DNA from: Candidatus Saccharimonadota bacterium
Lineage (GTDB): Bacteria; Patescibacteriota; Gracilibacteria; Absconditabacterales; Absconditicoccaceae
Direction: 5' to 3'
Length of the DNA stretch: 32,000 nucleotides
NCBI GenBank assembly: GCA_000503875.1
Contig: CP006913.1
Location: 60,001 to 92,000 of the forward strand
Below are positions 1-11,592 of the stretch, one piece after another; the stretch's first letter is position 1, and the number at the start of each line of letters is the position of its first letter. The translations under genes and the position numbers were made by a program. The notes under the pieces are model-generated. The model did not search any database. It saw only the letters and a list, made by a program, of their open reading frames with translations, and was not told the origin of the DNA.

Positions 1-112
1 AAAAGAAATAACAATACCAATTCCTGTCATGTAAATTTTCGCTCACCAGATGGTAAGATAGGGATACATACTATCAATTAACAATTAAAAGCTAACAGCT
101 AAGCACCAAAAA

Positions 113-1615
113 CTAACGTAAGAATTCAATAATTTTTGTTTCTCTAATTCCTGTGATTCTAATAATTCCAGGGTAATCAAGTTGGCTATCTATTTTTTCT
201 CCAATAGTTTTGAGAAGTTTTTCAAGTTCGAGATCTGAAATTTCTTTTGGATTTACATACACCATAATTTCTCTACCAGCTTGCATGATATGTACTTTAT
301 CTATACCAGGAATTTCATTAATAAGTTTTTCGAGTTCTCCCATTTTTTCAATGAAGAGTTCTTTTGTATTAAATCTAGCTCCAGGTCTAGAAGCAGACAT
401 AGCGTCAGCAGCAGTAACGATCCAAGCATAAGGATTATCGATAGGAACATCGTAGTGATGTGCTTCTGCAGCATTAACAATAATTGGATCCATTCCAAAT
501 TTTCTAAGAACATCAGCTCCAATTTTTGCATGAGATTCACCTGTATTAGCGATAATTTTTCCAATATCATGAAGTAATCAAGCCTTTTTTGCAAGTAAGG
601 TATCCAAACCAAATTCACTTGCGATAGCTTCACAGATTTTTGCTACTTCAACACTGTGTTGCCACAAGTTTTGACCATAACTAAATCTGAGATAATATTG
701 ACCAATCATTTTTACAATTTCAGGTTTCATCATAGGAATATTGAGTACAGTCAACGCTTCTTTTCCTTTTTCTGTATATAACATATCCAAATCACTAACT
801 ACTTGATTATATGTTTTTTCAATATAGAAAGGATTTATTTTCCCGTCTTTAACCAATCTTTCAAGTGTTGTTGCCGCAATATATCTTTTTTCACTATCAA
901 AAGAAGATAGTCTAACTACAAGAGGAGTATCATCAACAATCAATTCCACACCAGTCATTTTTTCAAAATATGAAATATTCCTTCCTTCTCTTCCGATCAA
1001 TTTTCCTTTGAAATCTTCGTTAGGAAGATCAACTGTTTTAGTAGTAAATTCACTTACCGAATCAACAGCAACCCTAGGAAGTGCCTTACTAATAATCATA
1101 GCTGCTTCTTTATCAGCTTCCTCTTTTTTGATATTTTTAAGTTTTTCAATAAAGGTCGTAAAATCATTTTGATATTCTTTTTCAATCTGATCCATCAATT
1201 GTTTTTTTGCTTCTTCTTTGCTAAGTTTTGCCATTTCAGCAAGCTTATTTACTTGTTCGTTAATTTTTTCTTCTAGATCTTTTTGTTTATCGTTGAGTTT
1301 TCCTTTTTCTTGCTCTAATTTTTCTAATTTTTCATCCATTTTTTCTTCTCTAGCAAGCAATCTATTCTGAATAACTTCCATTTTTTGTAATCTTTGGTCT
1401 TCGATTCTTTGTGCTTTTTCTTCAGCTTGTTCCATTAATTTTTCTACTTTTTTCTTTGCTTCTTCAACCATTTCTTCCTCTAATTCTTTAGCTTTATTCA
1501 TTCTTTCTTTAAATTGGATTGCTTTTTGAGTAAGGGTTCTTTTATAACCATAAAATCCTGCTGCTCACCCAAATCCTAATGCAAGCAGGTATCCAAGAAT
1601 AACAAATATGTTCAT
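113..1615 (-). CDS. rny: Ribonuclease Y (TM anchor + coiled coil + KH + HD), 500 aa under code 25
   Basis: Track ORFs 113..493 and 578..1501 share a frame. They are split only by TGA at 578-580, which sits in the HD motif A-G-LLHDIGK. Reading through a further TGA extends the frame to ATG 1613-1615 and adds the TM helix MNIFVILGYLLALGFGGAAGFYGY. The KH motif GREGRNISYFEKMTG and the HD region HSVEVA...HHYD are present. The stop is TAG at 113-115. Confidence 0.93.
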
Positions 1616-1656
1616 CGGTTTTTCAATATATTGAGATAAAAAAATCTATAGTAAAA

Positions 1657-1674
1657 TGTCCCTAAAAAGGGCAC
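1657..1674 (-). terminator. Possible weak intrinsic terminator downstream of gatA
   Basis: On the minus strand the sequence reads GTGCCCT-TTTT-AGGGACA followed by TTTTAC. The stem is about 6 bp with one bulge. It lies between the gatA stop (1736) and the rny start (1615). Confidence 0.3.
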
Positions 1675-1735
1675 GCAAATAAATATAGGATTTCAGTTGA
1701 GAAATGCAACGGGAAAATAATATTGTAGGAAATAT

Positions 1736-3151
1736 TTAATTTAATTTTTCCAAGATTCATCATAATTCTAACAGTTTTTCTTCTTGCCGTCTATCAGTCA
1801 TTAACTGGATTCCCATTGGTAACATTTCACCATTTTCTTCTATCATTCCTCATGGAATAGACATTGCTGGAATTCCTGCCATATTAGCCGGAATAGTGTA
1901 CATATCTTCCAAATACATAGTCAATGGATCATTGATTTTTTCTCCGATTTTTCCTGGGAGAGTAGGCGTTGTAGGGGTTATGATTGCATCATACTGTTCG
2001 AAGATCTTTGAAAAATCGGCCTTGAGTTGTTCTCTTGCTTGCTGGGCTTTGAGATAATATCCCTCATAATTCGCAGAACTCAAAACAAAAGTTCCAAGCA
2101 AGATTCTTCTTTTGGTTTCTTCTCCAAATCCTTCAGATCTTATATGTTTATAATAATCAAGAATATCTGGATATTTGGTTGTGTCATCTTGAAGTCCAAA
2201 TCTAATTCCATCAAATCTCGCTAGGTTGGTACTAACTTCAGCTGGCATCAAGGTATAATACATCGGAACTGCATATCCCATAATAGGCAAATCTATCTCT
2301 TCTATTTCCCATCAAAGCCCCTTAAGTTTTTTTATATATTCAAGAAATCTGGTTTTTATTCTCGGATCCAATCCTTCACCAAGTGCTTCTTTTGGCAACG
2401 CGAGTTTTGGTTTTTTTACGTCATTTTTATATGTCGGCTGTTGCCAAGTATCAGCTTCTGGGCAGCTTTGAGCATCGTGGGTATCGTAACCAGCAATCGC
2501 CTTCAACAAGATTCCAGCATCTTCAACAGTTTTGGTAATTACTCACACTTGATCCAAGCTAGAAGCCATAGATTGTACTCCATATCTAGAAACTCTTCCA
2601 TAGGTAGGTTTCAATCCTACGATCCCACAAAATGATGCAGGTTGGCGGACGCTCCCTCCGGTATCAGTTCCCAGTGCTGCAATGCAGAGATCTGCAGCTA
2701 CCGCTGCAGTGCTTCCGCCACTTGATCCTCCTGGTACACGGTTAATCCCGTGAGGGTTGATGGTTTTCCCAAAGTATGATGTCTCGGTACTAGAGCCCAT
2801 CGCAAATTCATCCATGTTGGTCTTCCCGACCATCAACCCTCCGTTTTTCTCGAGGGTCTCAAAACAGGTCGCACTATAAGGACTAACAAAATCCTTCATC
2901 ATCTTCGACCCACACGAACTAATATATCCCTTAGTCAAAATAATGTCTTTGAGTCCGATAGGGGCTCCATGCAAAGGTTTTGAAATCAAATCGTCGATAT
3001 GTGAATTTACATAGTCTTCATGAAATCTAACAAAGGAAAAAGTCTGACTATTTTTTTCTTTGGCTTTATTTAGATAATGATTAATAACATTTTTGGCATC
3101 TAGAGTTCAGTCGTTAATTCAATCAATATATTGTTTCAAGGTAAGATTCAT
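1736..3151 (-). CDS. gatA: Glu-tRNA(Gln) amidotransferase subunit A (amidase-signature enzyme), 471 aa
   Basis: Joins track ORFs 1850..2290, 2312..2509 and 2543..2989, all in one frame, through TGA codons. One of these is the TGA at 2543-2545 inside [15 protein letters not shown]. The amidase signature [16 protein letters not shown] and the motif PIGLKD are present. The N-terminus is [27 protein letters not shown] from ATG 3149-3151. The true stop is TAA at 1736-1738, after ...[27 protein letters not shown]. Confidence 0.85.
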
Positions 3152-3177
3152 GATTTTTTCAAAAAATAAAAAATTAT

Positions 3178-3201
3178 AAAAAAAGTGATCTTTCGATCAC
3201 C
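3178..3201 (-). terminator. Rho-independent terminator ending the long minus-strand unit
   Basis: On the minus strand the sequence is GTGATC-GAAA-GATCAC (perfect 6-bp stem, GAAA tetraloop) followed by a T7 run. It lies 32 nt after the TAA of the 3233..3607 gene. A TATAAT hexamer (complement of 3173-3178) overlaps the T-run and could be the gatA promoter. Confidence 0.6.
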
Positions 3202-3232
3202 TTTGTAGTTATTTTGCTAGTAAGTTTCAAGT

Positions 3233-3607
3233 TTATTTAAATAATTGGAAAAGAATGTTTGATGAAGAGCTTGTTGTTTTTATTGGAGTTGTAGTAGTTT
3301 TTGTTGTAGTGGTTTTGGTGATAGTAGTTTTTGTTGTTGGTTGAACTATTACTGGTTCTTGTATTTCAGGGTCCGTAACAATAATTTTCTTCTCTTCAAT
3401 AATTTCAGAAACATCTCCCAAACTTTCTTCAGAGTCAGAAACAACATTATCTTTAACAGATTTTAATGATTCTACTGTTTCTTGAGTTGTTGTAACAAAA
3501 TCTTCCTTGAGTTCATCAGCTCATTTTCTATCAATTAACCAATAAATTCCATAAGCAATTCATAAGATAATTACAATAAATAAGATTCTTTTCAAGAGAG
3601 TAGACAT
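3233..3607 (-). CDS. Small single-pass membrane protein with Thr/Ser-rich (mucin-like) C-terminal tail, 124 aa
   Basis: Track ORF 3233..3421 extends through two TGAs to ATG 3605-3607. The N-terminus is MSTLLKRILFIVIILGIAYGIYWLIDRK (TM helix). An acidic linker follows, then TTKTTITKTTTTKTTTTPIKTTSSSS. The stop is TAA at 3233-3235. Confidence 0.6.
3292..3337 (-). repeat. 16-bp exact direct repeat (TAGTAGTTTTTGTTGT, offset 30 bp) underlying the Thr-Lys tail
   Basis: Identical 16-mers occur at 3292-3307 and 3322-3337. The offset is 10 codons, and they encode the repeated (T)TTKTT units. Confidence 0.7.
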
Positions 3608-3632
3608 CTTTTTTTTAGTGAAAAAATAAATG

Positions 3633-5150
3633 TTATTTTCAATGATCATATAAATCAATTTCTATCATATTACCAATGTTTTCTTGGTGTGTTTCTTCTT
3701 GTTTTTTTACTATAAAAGAGAAGGTAAAAATACTTCATTTTCATAATTCACTTTTTACAGTAATATCTCCGCCCATATGTTGACTAATTTTTTTTGATAA
3801 CGATAGTCCTATTCAAGTTCATCAGTATTCTCTAGTGCTTGAATTATCAACCTGTCTAAATCTTTCAAATATAATATCTTGTTTGTCTAATGGAATTCAT
3901 ATTCCCGTATCTTCAACTGTTATATAAATTTTTTGAATACCATCTATTTCTTCTATTTTTGGACAAGCGATCAAAATACATCATTCCTTCGTGAATTTTA
4001 TAGCATTTCAGATAAGATTGTTAAGGACTTGTTGTATTTTTATTTCATCTCATAAAACAATATCATTTAAATTATAAATATCCTTGTCTATTATAATAGA
4101 AATATTAGAACTACTTTTGTTTATAGAATGATCTTGTAATTCGACGACATCAGTAATAATGCTTTTTATTGATATTGGTTTCTCAATTAAAGAGCTCATA
4201 CCAGCTTCTAATTTAGCCATATCTAAAATATTGTTAATTAGTTTTAATAAATCATAACCAGCTTGATTTATTTTACTTAAGAATAATTTATTCTTTTCAT
4301 TTGATTCTTGTCTCAAAAGAATATCGGAGAATCATATAATTCAATTTAAAGGAGTTCTTAGTTCATGGGACATATTTGCTAGAAAATCATCTTTTAATGT
4401 AGATGTTTCTTCTGCTTTTCTCGCAAGCTCTTCGGCCAATTGTTTTTGCTCTTCAAGAATAGTCTGTTGTTCAATAAGTGATGTAATATCTATAGCAACA
4501 CCCATAATACGTTTTTGTCCATGTTCTACAATCGGCGTTTTTTTGAGTATTATAATATGTTCCCCATCTTCAAGTGGTAAAGAGATTATCTCTTCAAGAG
4601 TTTCTTGATCATCGTTTTCTTCAACAGTATCCAGAGAATTTTTATTTGAGGCTAATAAACGATTACGTATATCATCAGAAAGAAGAGGAAACAATTCTTC
4701 ATCAGTTTTATCTAAGATTTCTTCACTTCTTTTTCCAATCATTCTAGCGAAACTCTCATTTACTCTTGTATAAGTATTATCATAACTCATTATATAGAAT
4801 CAAATTCCAGGAATGTTTTTGAGTAATAGTTCAAGATTTTCTATGTTGAGTTCAAATTGTGTGGCCTGTTCTCTAGATTCTTTCAAACATTTTTTAAGAT
4901 CATTATTGTTTTTTTGCAGATGTTTATTGATATAATATCCAACAGCCGCACTTATCCCAGCCAATCACATAGTCTCTAAAGGACGAAATCAACTACTTTC
5001 GATTCATTGAAATACTATATCAGCACCAGGAATAGAACAAAGCGCAAGGTATATTTTTGTTTGTGAAGAAAGTGAAATATTTTGTATTTTATTTATTTTT
5101 TTCTCAAGAAAAGTTGATCATTCAGCGTTATGTCTCATAATCTTCATCAT
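3633..5150 (-). CDS. Sensor histidine kinase (N-terminal hydrophobic segment, PAS-like region, HisKA, HATPase_c), 505 aa
   Basis: Joins track ORFs 4050..4316 and 4341..4790 with extensions on both sides. The H-box is [23 protein letters not shown], with the two Gly encoded by TGA at 4341-4343 and 4332-4334. The N box is QQVLNNLIGNAIKFT. The G boxes are VEDTGIGIP and GGTGIGLSLSKKISQHMGGDITVKSELGKGSIFTF. The start is ATG-ATG at 5145-5150. The stop is TAA at 3633-3635. Confidence 0.9.
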
Positions 5151-5213
5151 ATATAAAACTTTATCAATCAATAGAAGTTACTGATTAAAAAATTATTGTC
5201 AATCTTTTGTTGT

Positions 5214-8200
5214 TTATTTTTTATATACTTCAAGGGCTTTGGTAAATTCATCAGCACCTGGAGGGAGTTGTTGTCGTAGTTCTGGACTATATTCAATAAG
5301 TACAGAAGCTCAATTAAAAATCATATTTCTTCTTTGTGTCTTAATACTATTTTCTCCTCAACTTACATAAAACCATTTTGATAGCGTAGATCTTTTATTA
5401 TTTACAAGATTTTCTATTCATCATCCAATAAGAACTCATTTAACATGAAGACCACCAGCATCACACCACTTTTTATTTAGGTCTTTATTTATGATAGAAT
5501 CAGCAGAAAAATTACTTGCTACAAAGATTCCTTTTACTGTTTGTGGTTTAGTACATGTACTATTTGAACTTTCATTAAATGAAATTGTTCAGTTTTGGAC
5601 AATAAACATACCGTTGACAGAAATATCTCCCTTGATTTCAAGATTTGCATCTTTTATAATCAGAGTGAAAGGTTTTGTTATATTTGTAGAGTTTTCTATA
5701 GTAATAGTAGTTCAATTACCTTTTCCATATAAGATATAAATATCCTTATTAGGTACTTTTTTCGCAGATGTTATTCAATCTCTTTCTAGGTTTTCTGGGT
5801 ATTTTGTAGTAGATACAGCTAGTTTTTCCATTCTATAAACAAAATTTTCAATCATTGGATTGATTACACCAAATCCGGCATATTCGCTTTCAGACAATAC
5901 CATTACACTAGCAAGATCAGTTTTGTTTACTAAAGGATCTCATTTTAACATTTCTTTAAAATTTTTGAGATCGATAGTTGTTGCTTTTGGTGTTATCCCA
6001 AAGGCACTCTTTTGTACAAGATATGGTTTGGTAATAGTGAAGTTAGTTTCACATGCATTTTGTAATTCTGTTTCTTCCCAATCACAACCATTCTCATCAC
6101 AAGCACAATATTCATAAGTTACTTTATCCAAACGAATTTTATGTTCTCCCAAAATATTTTCATCAAAAATTCTAGATGAAGCGAGTGTGTCAAAATTTAT
6201 ATAATAGTTTCCAAAAGCATTTCTCCAATACTCAGGATAAAAATTTTTGAAAAGTAAATCTTTGTCAAGTTGTGTATCAGAACAATCAATATTATTAAAT
6301 ATTTCTTCAGAATCTTCTCCAGGTTGTTGTAATGAGAATCAACATTTCATAGTAGATTTTTTAATTTTATTCTCATTATCTTCATCACATTTTGAAGAAG
6401 AAATAATATTGCTTGTATCATAAATTCTCCACCAGAAAGGCATAATTTCATTGTTTTGGACAGAGATATTAGCATTTCCTATAGAAAGACAAGATCCAGC
6501 AGGTTCATCAAGAGTACATCCTCTTTTACAACCATTTCCTTCTCATCTAGTTTCCCCTCAATCACATTGTTCATATCATTCTCTTTCTCCATTTCCACAA
6601 ATACCTACGAATCCTTCATCCAAAATAACATCATCGTCATCGCATTCAATTCAATTTATAGAACAGCTAATATTCATTTCATGTTCATCAAAATCATCTT
6701 CATCATATTTACATGTATATGTCATATGATCACCATTTTTACTATCTCCATCACCATTACCACAATCAATTTCAAGGGTAGCTTCAGAGTCCTCATTGTC
6801 TATAGAACATTCTACTTTTACTGTTCATTCTTCTTCATCAGCATCAAAAATAACAACATTAGATTCTAACCCTAATTCACAAGAAAGTACAGAACGTTTA
6901 CAAGCTTCATTAGTATTATCATTTCCTACAGTACAAGAAATTCTTGATCTTTCAGCTTCATTAGTATTATCATAGCTACATGTTGTAGAGAAGAAACCAA
7001 AAGGATCGGCAAATCAAGTCCCAGAATCTCAATTACCACAATCAATAGTTACAGGAGTAAATGTATTGGTATATTGACCAAGACATCTTGCAATAACTCT
7101 TGTAGAGCTGCTATTTTCAGGAGTTATATGCAAATCAACACAACTAGGATCTTTTAATGTGATAACAGCGTCGCTACAATCACCAGTTACACCATTAATT
7201 ACAACACAAGCTCTATTTGTTATACGTTTAGTGACTAAAGTACAAACATTTTGAATTTTTTCACAATCTTGATCTAGATTAGTAACTCCTTGTCCATCAA
7301 GTTCACATTCTTCATTTCTTGTTAATTCACCATCTCCACATACATAAGGTTCGTCTATAGTAAATGTTCTAGAAATTCAAGTATTATTGTAGGCTATTTC
7401 AATAGTAGGAGAAAGTGGAGTAAAATTTCTATAAGCAATACGTCCAGTAAGAGTAATTGATCCTTGTTGGTTAACTCAGATTGATAAGTTTTGATTATAT
7501 GTTTCAAAAGTAAGTGCTCAAGGATTTCTTACTGTAATGGTTGTGTTAGCTGGTACATTACCATTGTTTACATAAGAAATAGTAAATTGAATTAAATCCC
7601 CAGAAACAGCTTGAAGAGGGGAATTCAATAACGGCTTTGTTCGATTAAAAGCAGAAATAGTAAAAGCAATATTATCATACGCAGCCACTGTTCATGTAAT
7701 AAGAGAAATATCATTTCCTGTAGTTACTTGCGCTGAAGGAGTAGAAATACGAGCTTGACTAGAAAATTCTGTTCCAGCACTAAGAAATTGTCTGAGTGTT
7801 CAAGTTACTACAAGCATTCCCGTAGATCCTGCTGAAATTGATTTTCCTAGATTCCATTCTGTTTGAGTTGCTTCGATGCTAGATGGTAATGCAAAATTAA
7901 CCATAGGATTCCAAGCAGATGCAAATCAACTATTTCCATAAGTTATAATATAAGTAACGGTATCTCCCATTTTAAATCCACTAAACGGCAACATAATATG
8001 ATTAATATATACGTCAGCCAATCCTGGAAGGTCATTGGTAATTGCAAATTTATTGTTAGTAAGATCTAGATCTATCCCTGTAAAAGAAACTTCTCCAGAA
8101 AGACTAATACTCGTACCTTGCATAGGATAATCATTTAAAATCGAAGTATACGAAATAGTTTTTTCTTCGCCTCCAGCAAGCATTATTCCACTCAAAATAG

Positions 8201-9686
8201 TGGTTGTTTGTGAACTTTGATTTGCTGATGGATAGAGATTCAAAGTTATATTATTGGCTGTTTTTTCTCCTTTATTTGACAATTTAATATTGTAAGTAAG
8301 TGTTGTTCATTTATTTATAGTAACTAATTCATTAGTCAAATTTGCTTCTATAGCAACATCAGCACTTTTTACAAAGGTATAGCACAATCATGATAAGCTA
8401 TTATTATTTCACGTAGATGTTTCATTACTTGCACCAATAGTTCAAGAAAAACAAAATCTGGTTCCTATTGGATAATTTTGGTTTACTAATCACGTAACAA
8501 CCACAGTATTTATTGTTTCTGGCTCAAGGTCAGGAAGCGAAAATACAGTAGCAATTTGGTTAGTTCCACTAATAAGTGCAGTTAAAGAAACATTTTCGGC
8601 TCTTGCATTTCCTTTATTGGTATAGGTCATAGAATATCATAGTTCCTCTCCATTTGCCTCAGGTTCAGAGGAAATTTTTTGGAGATTTTCCAAGATAATA
8701 TCTATTACAGTTGGTAATGTATATGAAGTAACAGCAATATTATCAGAAAAGATTAATTCACGACCAGCTTGGATACTTCCAGTAGTAGTAATTACAGATC
8801 CAGCAGGAGGTGTTGATAATAATGGTGCAGCAAGTTTATATGCTTTGCTTGCTCCTGGAGCCAATGATCACAAATCCCAAGAGTAAATTCATTTACTTAC
8901 TTGTGAAGTAGTCAATTTGTCTTCCTGATAAGTGAGAATTGGTTCTCCCAAAAAATTTCCCAGAGCACTTGTAAGTTTTACAGCATCAGTACTTTCTTTA
9001 GATCCATTATTTGTTACAAGTATTTCATAAAGAGCTTGTTGTTGAGAAAATATTGGTTTAGGATCAATAATATTTTGTGTTATACTATAATTTGCGGTAG
9101 GAAGAATATAAGTAACGGGTTCATTTATACATGTAGAAGACCCAAAAGTTCTAAGACAAGCACTAGTTTCTATTCTATCAAATAATAAAGAAGAAGATAC
9201 AATTTCTCCTGTTACAATAATGTTTTTTGTTTCCGATACATTAATAAAATATTTTGGATTAATAAATCCATTTTGTAAAGCAATCAATCCTCAATTACTC
9301 AATCAATCTGAAGTAAGTTCAAGTATTCTTATTCTAGGATTATTATATGCGGGTGGTAATCTTAATTCAAAATATTTTGGGATAAGATTGTTTTGTATAG
9401 TAAATTTGAAAGTAACAATGCTTCCAGAAACAGCAAAAGAAGAAACAACTCTATTTTTTATAAGCGTATTATTTGCTAAACACGTAGTATTATGAGGAAT
9501 ACGAAGAGAATTTTTTGTACAAGAACAAAATCCATCAGGATTATTACAAGATTGGTATTCCTGACAAATAAAATTTCCCTCTGCATTTTGTGTACAATCG
9601 GTATATTCTAAGTCCTGCGCAAAAATTACTCCAGAAGCCAAGAGTCCAATAAGTACAGTAATACTACCAAAGATTTGTTTTTTCAT
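5214..9686 (-). CDS. Giant secreted surface protein, 1,490 aa: Cys-rich N-terminus, DUF11-like repeat region, Cys/Asp-rich modules with CGDG/CGNG...ECD repeats, unknown C-terminal domain
   Basis: I checked every codon of this frame from 5217 to 9686. There is no TAA or TAG, and there are more than 30 in-frame TGAs. It unites track ORFs 5940..6152, 7926..8282, 8637..8864, 8889..9287 and 9303..9725. The signal peptide is MKKQIFGSITVLIGLLASGVIFA-QD from ATG 9684-9686. DUF11-like strings such as GDLIQFTISYVNNGNVPANTTITV occur. Cys-rich repeats include CGDGELTRNEECELDG and CGNGEREGYEQCDGGETRGEGNGCKRGC. The stop is TAA at 5214-5216. Confidence 0.85.
6903..6973 (-). repeat. Exact 20-bp direct repeat (AGCTTCATTAGTATTATCAT, offset 51 bp) inside the giant surface-protein gene
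   Basis: The copies lie at 6903-6922 and 6954-6973. They encode two adjacent 17-aa units, each containing DNTNEA flanked by Cys (CSYDNTNEAERSRIS / CTVGNDNTNEACKRSVLS). Confidence 0.8.
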
Positions 9687-9709
9687 TCGTATATGAAATA
9701 GGTAAAGGT

Positions 9710-11563
9710 TTATTTGATGGTTCATTTAATTGTTATAGTTTTTTCTTCGAATCCTTGTAAACCACTTATTTCCCAAACAAGAACAGGACGTTCATTGATA
9801 TTTCTTGGAGCAGGATCTGAGTTCAGAAACCTCAAAGAATCTGGCCAAAAATCCTTAATTATAAAAGGTCCAACAGCTGTTGATCATAGATTTCTATAAG
9901 TAATGCTATATTCAACTTCATCTCCAGGTCCATAACCAAACGTAGTAACTTTCTTTTCGATATCTATTCACGCCATTGATTGTACAATAGAAACGCTAGC
10001 ACTTGTTGGTATTTGCTTATCTCCTCCAGCGTCTGTGTAATAAATTTTTCCTGTATTACTATATGTCTTTCCTGCACAACTTGGATTAGTACTTGCCTGT
10101 CCAGAAAAATTTATAATAAATGTTTGATTTGCTGGTAATCATCATAGAGGCCAATCTGTCAAAGTTCCATTTGAATTTGGTGTTACAGAAGGTGTTGATT
10201 GAGAACTTCCTGTTACAAAAGAGAAACAATCTGGCCACATATCTTGTACGCGAACATTGGTAATAGTACTCGTTGTACCATTATTAACTCTGATAGTAAA
10301 ACCAACTGTTTGTCATAATTGAACACTACTTGGAGTAGCTGTTTTGGAAATAGTTACCTCACCGCCAACAGAACATAGTACTTGTTCGTTTGTATATCAA
10401 TTAAGAGGTGTTCAGTTACTTATTGCTGACCAGAATGCATGATTTCGTCCGTCATTACAAGAATTAAATTTTGCGGTAATACGTATATATCCGTTTTGTC
10501 CTGCAGATAAGCTAAATCATGTATAGAGAACTACAAAATTTCAGCTTGCATTAGAACCAGTTTTGAAATAAGTAGGTCAAGTAACTCATACAATTTCACT
10601 AGAAATATATTCAAATCCACTTGGAAGAAAATAATCTTCAATAGCAATATTTTGTACTGTTTGTGTTGATGGGTTTGAGATATTTATTCTAAATTCAACA
10701 GTATCTCATGGGGTATGTAATTGAGAATTAACAAGAATTTTATCAACTACAAGACTTCCCGTTTCTGTCCCACTTCAAATTCCTGTACAATCAGTTTTAC
10801 ATTTTCCTGCTTGTCCATTTTGTGCTCAATCATCGCAGACTTCATTTGGTTTAATCGAATTTCCATGCCAAAGCAAAAATATTCATCATTGAGTTGTGAT
10901 TCATCAATTTCCATCACTTGTTCCTGTTTGTTTATCAATCACACCATCACCACATCTTGCTACATAATAATTAGTACAAGATATTTTTTTGGTAATGCTT
11001 GGATTTATTATTACGTTTAATGTTCCATTATGAAGAGAAAGGTCATTAGCTCTTATATAATAATAATTTAATAAGACGCCATTTGCATTTTGGACAATAG
11101 ATCTTTCGTTGTTAAATGTTACAAATTGTCCTGCAGCTTGATTTCTTGTTGTATTTGCAGATCATAATAAAGTGGCTCCAGTAGCGTCAACAGTCAATAT
11201 ATTAGAACTATCTGAATCTATGGTTGTAGATGGTACAAAATTGGAAACGTAAGGAAATTTAATATTACCAACAAAAGTAGATTGATTATATCCTCTTACG
11301 TACGTTTCTGTTTTATCAAAAACATAGCTTACAGGTCATTTTGGTTGACCAACACGAAGATATACAGGAGATCAACTATAAAAAGCTAGATCTTGGGTTA
11401 TATCACAAGTTCAATTGTAAATAGTTGTTTCTCGGTTTAATGTTCTGTTTTCGTTTGAACTACTTGGAACATCACCAATTACATTACTAGCAAATGTTAT
11501 GTTAGTTAATCAAACTATCATACTTATAATTAATATTGCTTTGTAATAATTTGTCTTTATCAT
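9710..11563 (-). CDS. Secreted protein, 617 aa: N-terminal unknown domain, CGDG...CDDG Cys-rich module, three DUF11-like repeats
   Basis: The frame was checked codon by codon from 9713 to 11560. It has no TAA or TAG and many TGAs, so the standard-code track shows no ORF in this frame at all. The signal peptide is MIKTNYYKAILIISMIVGLTNITFA-SN. The Cys-rich module is YYVARCGDGVIDK...NEVCDDGAQNGQAGKCKTDC. The DUF11-like repeats are LVVDKILVNSQLHTPGDTVEFRINISNPSTQTVQNIAIEDYFLPSGFEYIS, VTISKTATPSSVQLGQTVGFTIRVNNGTTSTITNVRVQDMWPDCFSFV and IDIEKKVTTFGYGPGDEVEYSITYRNLGSTAVGPFIIKDFWPDSLRFL. The stop is TAA at 9710-9712. Confidence 0.85.
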
Positions 11564-11592
11564 GACAAGGGAAATAAGGGTAAAAGATGTTA

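Noticed and set aside
1-30. Possible gene start on the minus strand (ATG at 28-30, reading MTGIGIVISF… off the window edge).
   Set aside because: Only 10 codons are visible, with no motif. That is insufficient to call a feature.
6451-6869. Plus-strand track ORFs 6451..6729 and 6456..6869, and similar ones at 210..431, 281..577, 13017..13277, 15261..15647 and 21236..21631.
   Set aside because: They lie antisense to long, well-supported minus-strand genes. Their translations are low-complexity Ser/Phe/Ile-rich, as expected from the complement of AT-rich coding sequence.
9687-9725. ATG at 9723-9725 (MNHQINLYLFHIR...) as the start of the giant surface gene.
   Set aside because: It would overlap the last codons and the TAA (9710-9712) of the upstream gene. 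ATG 9684-9686 begins a textbook signal peptide (MKKQIFGSITVLIGLLASGVIFA).
10747-10938. Minus-strand track ORF 10747..10938 (MINKQEQVMEIDES...), and ORF 12279..12518.
   Set aside because: They are in a different frame from the 1,854-nt and 1,080-nt code-25 reading frames, which carry signal peptides, DUF11-like repeats and Cys-rich modules. They are alternative-frame artefacts.
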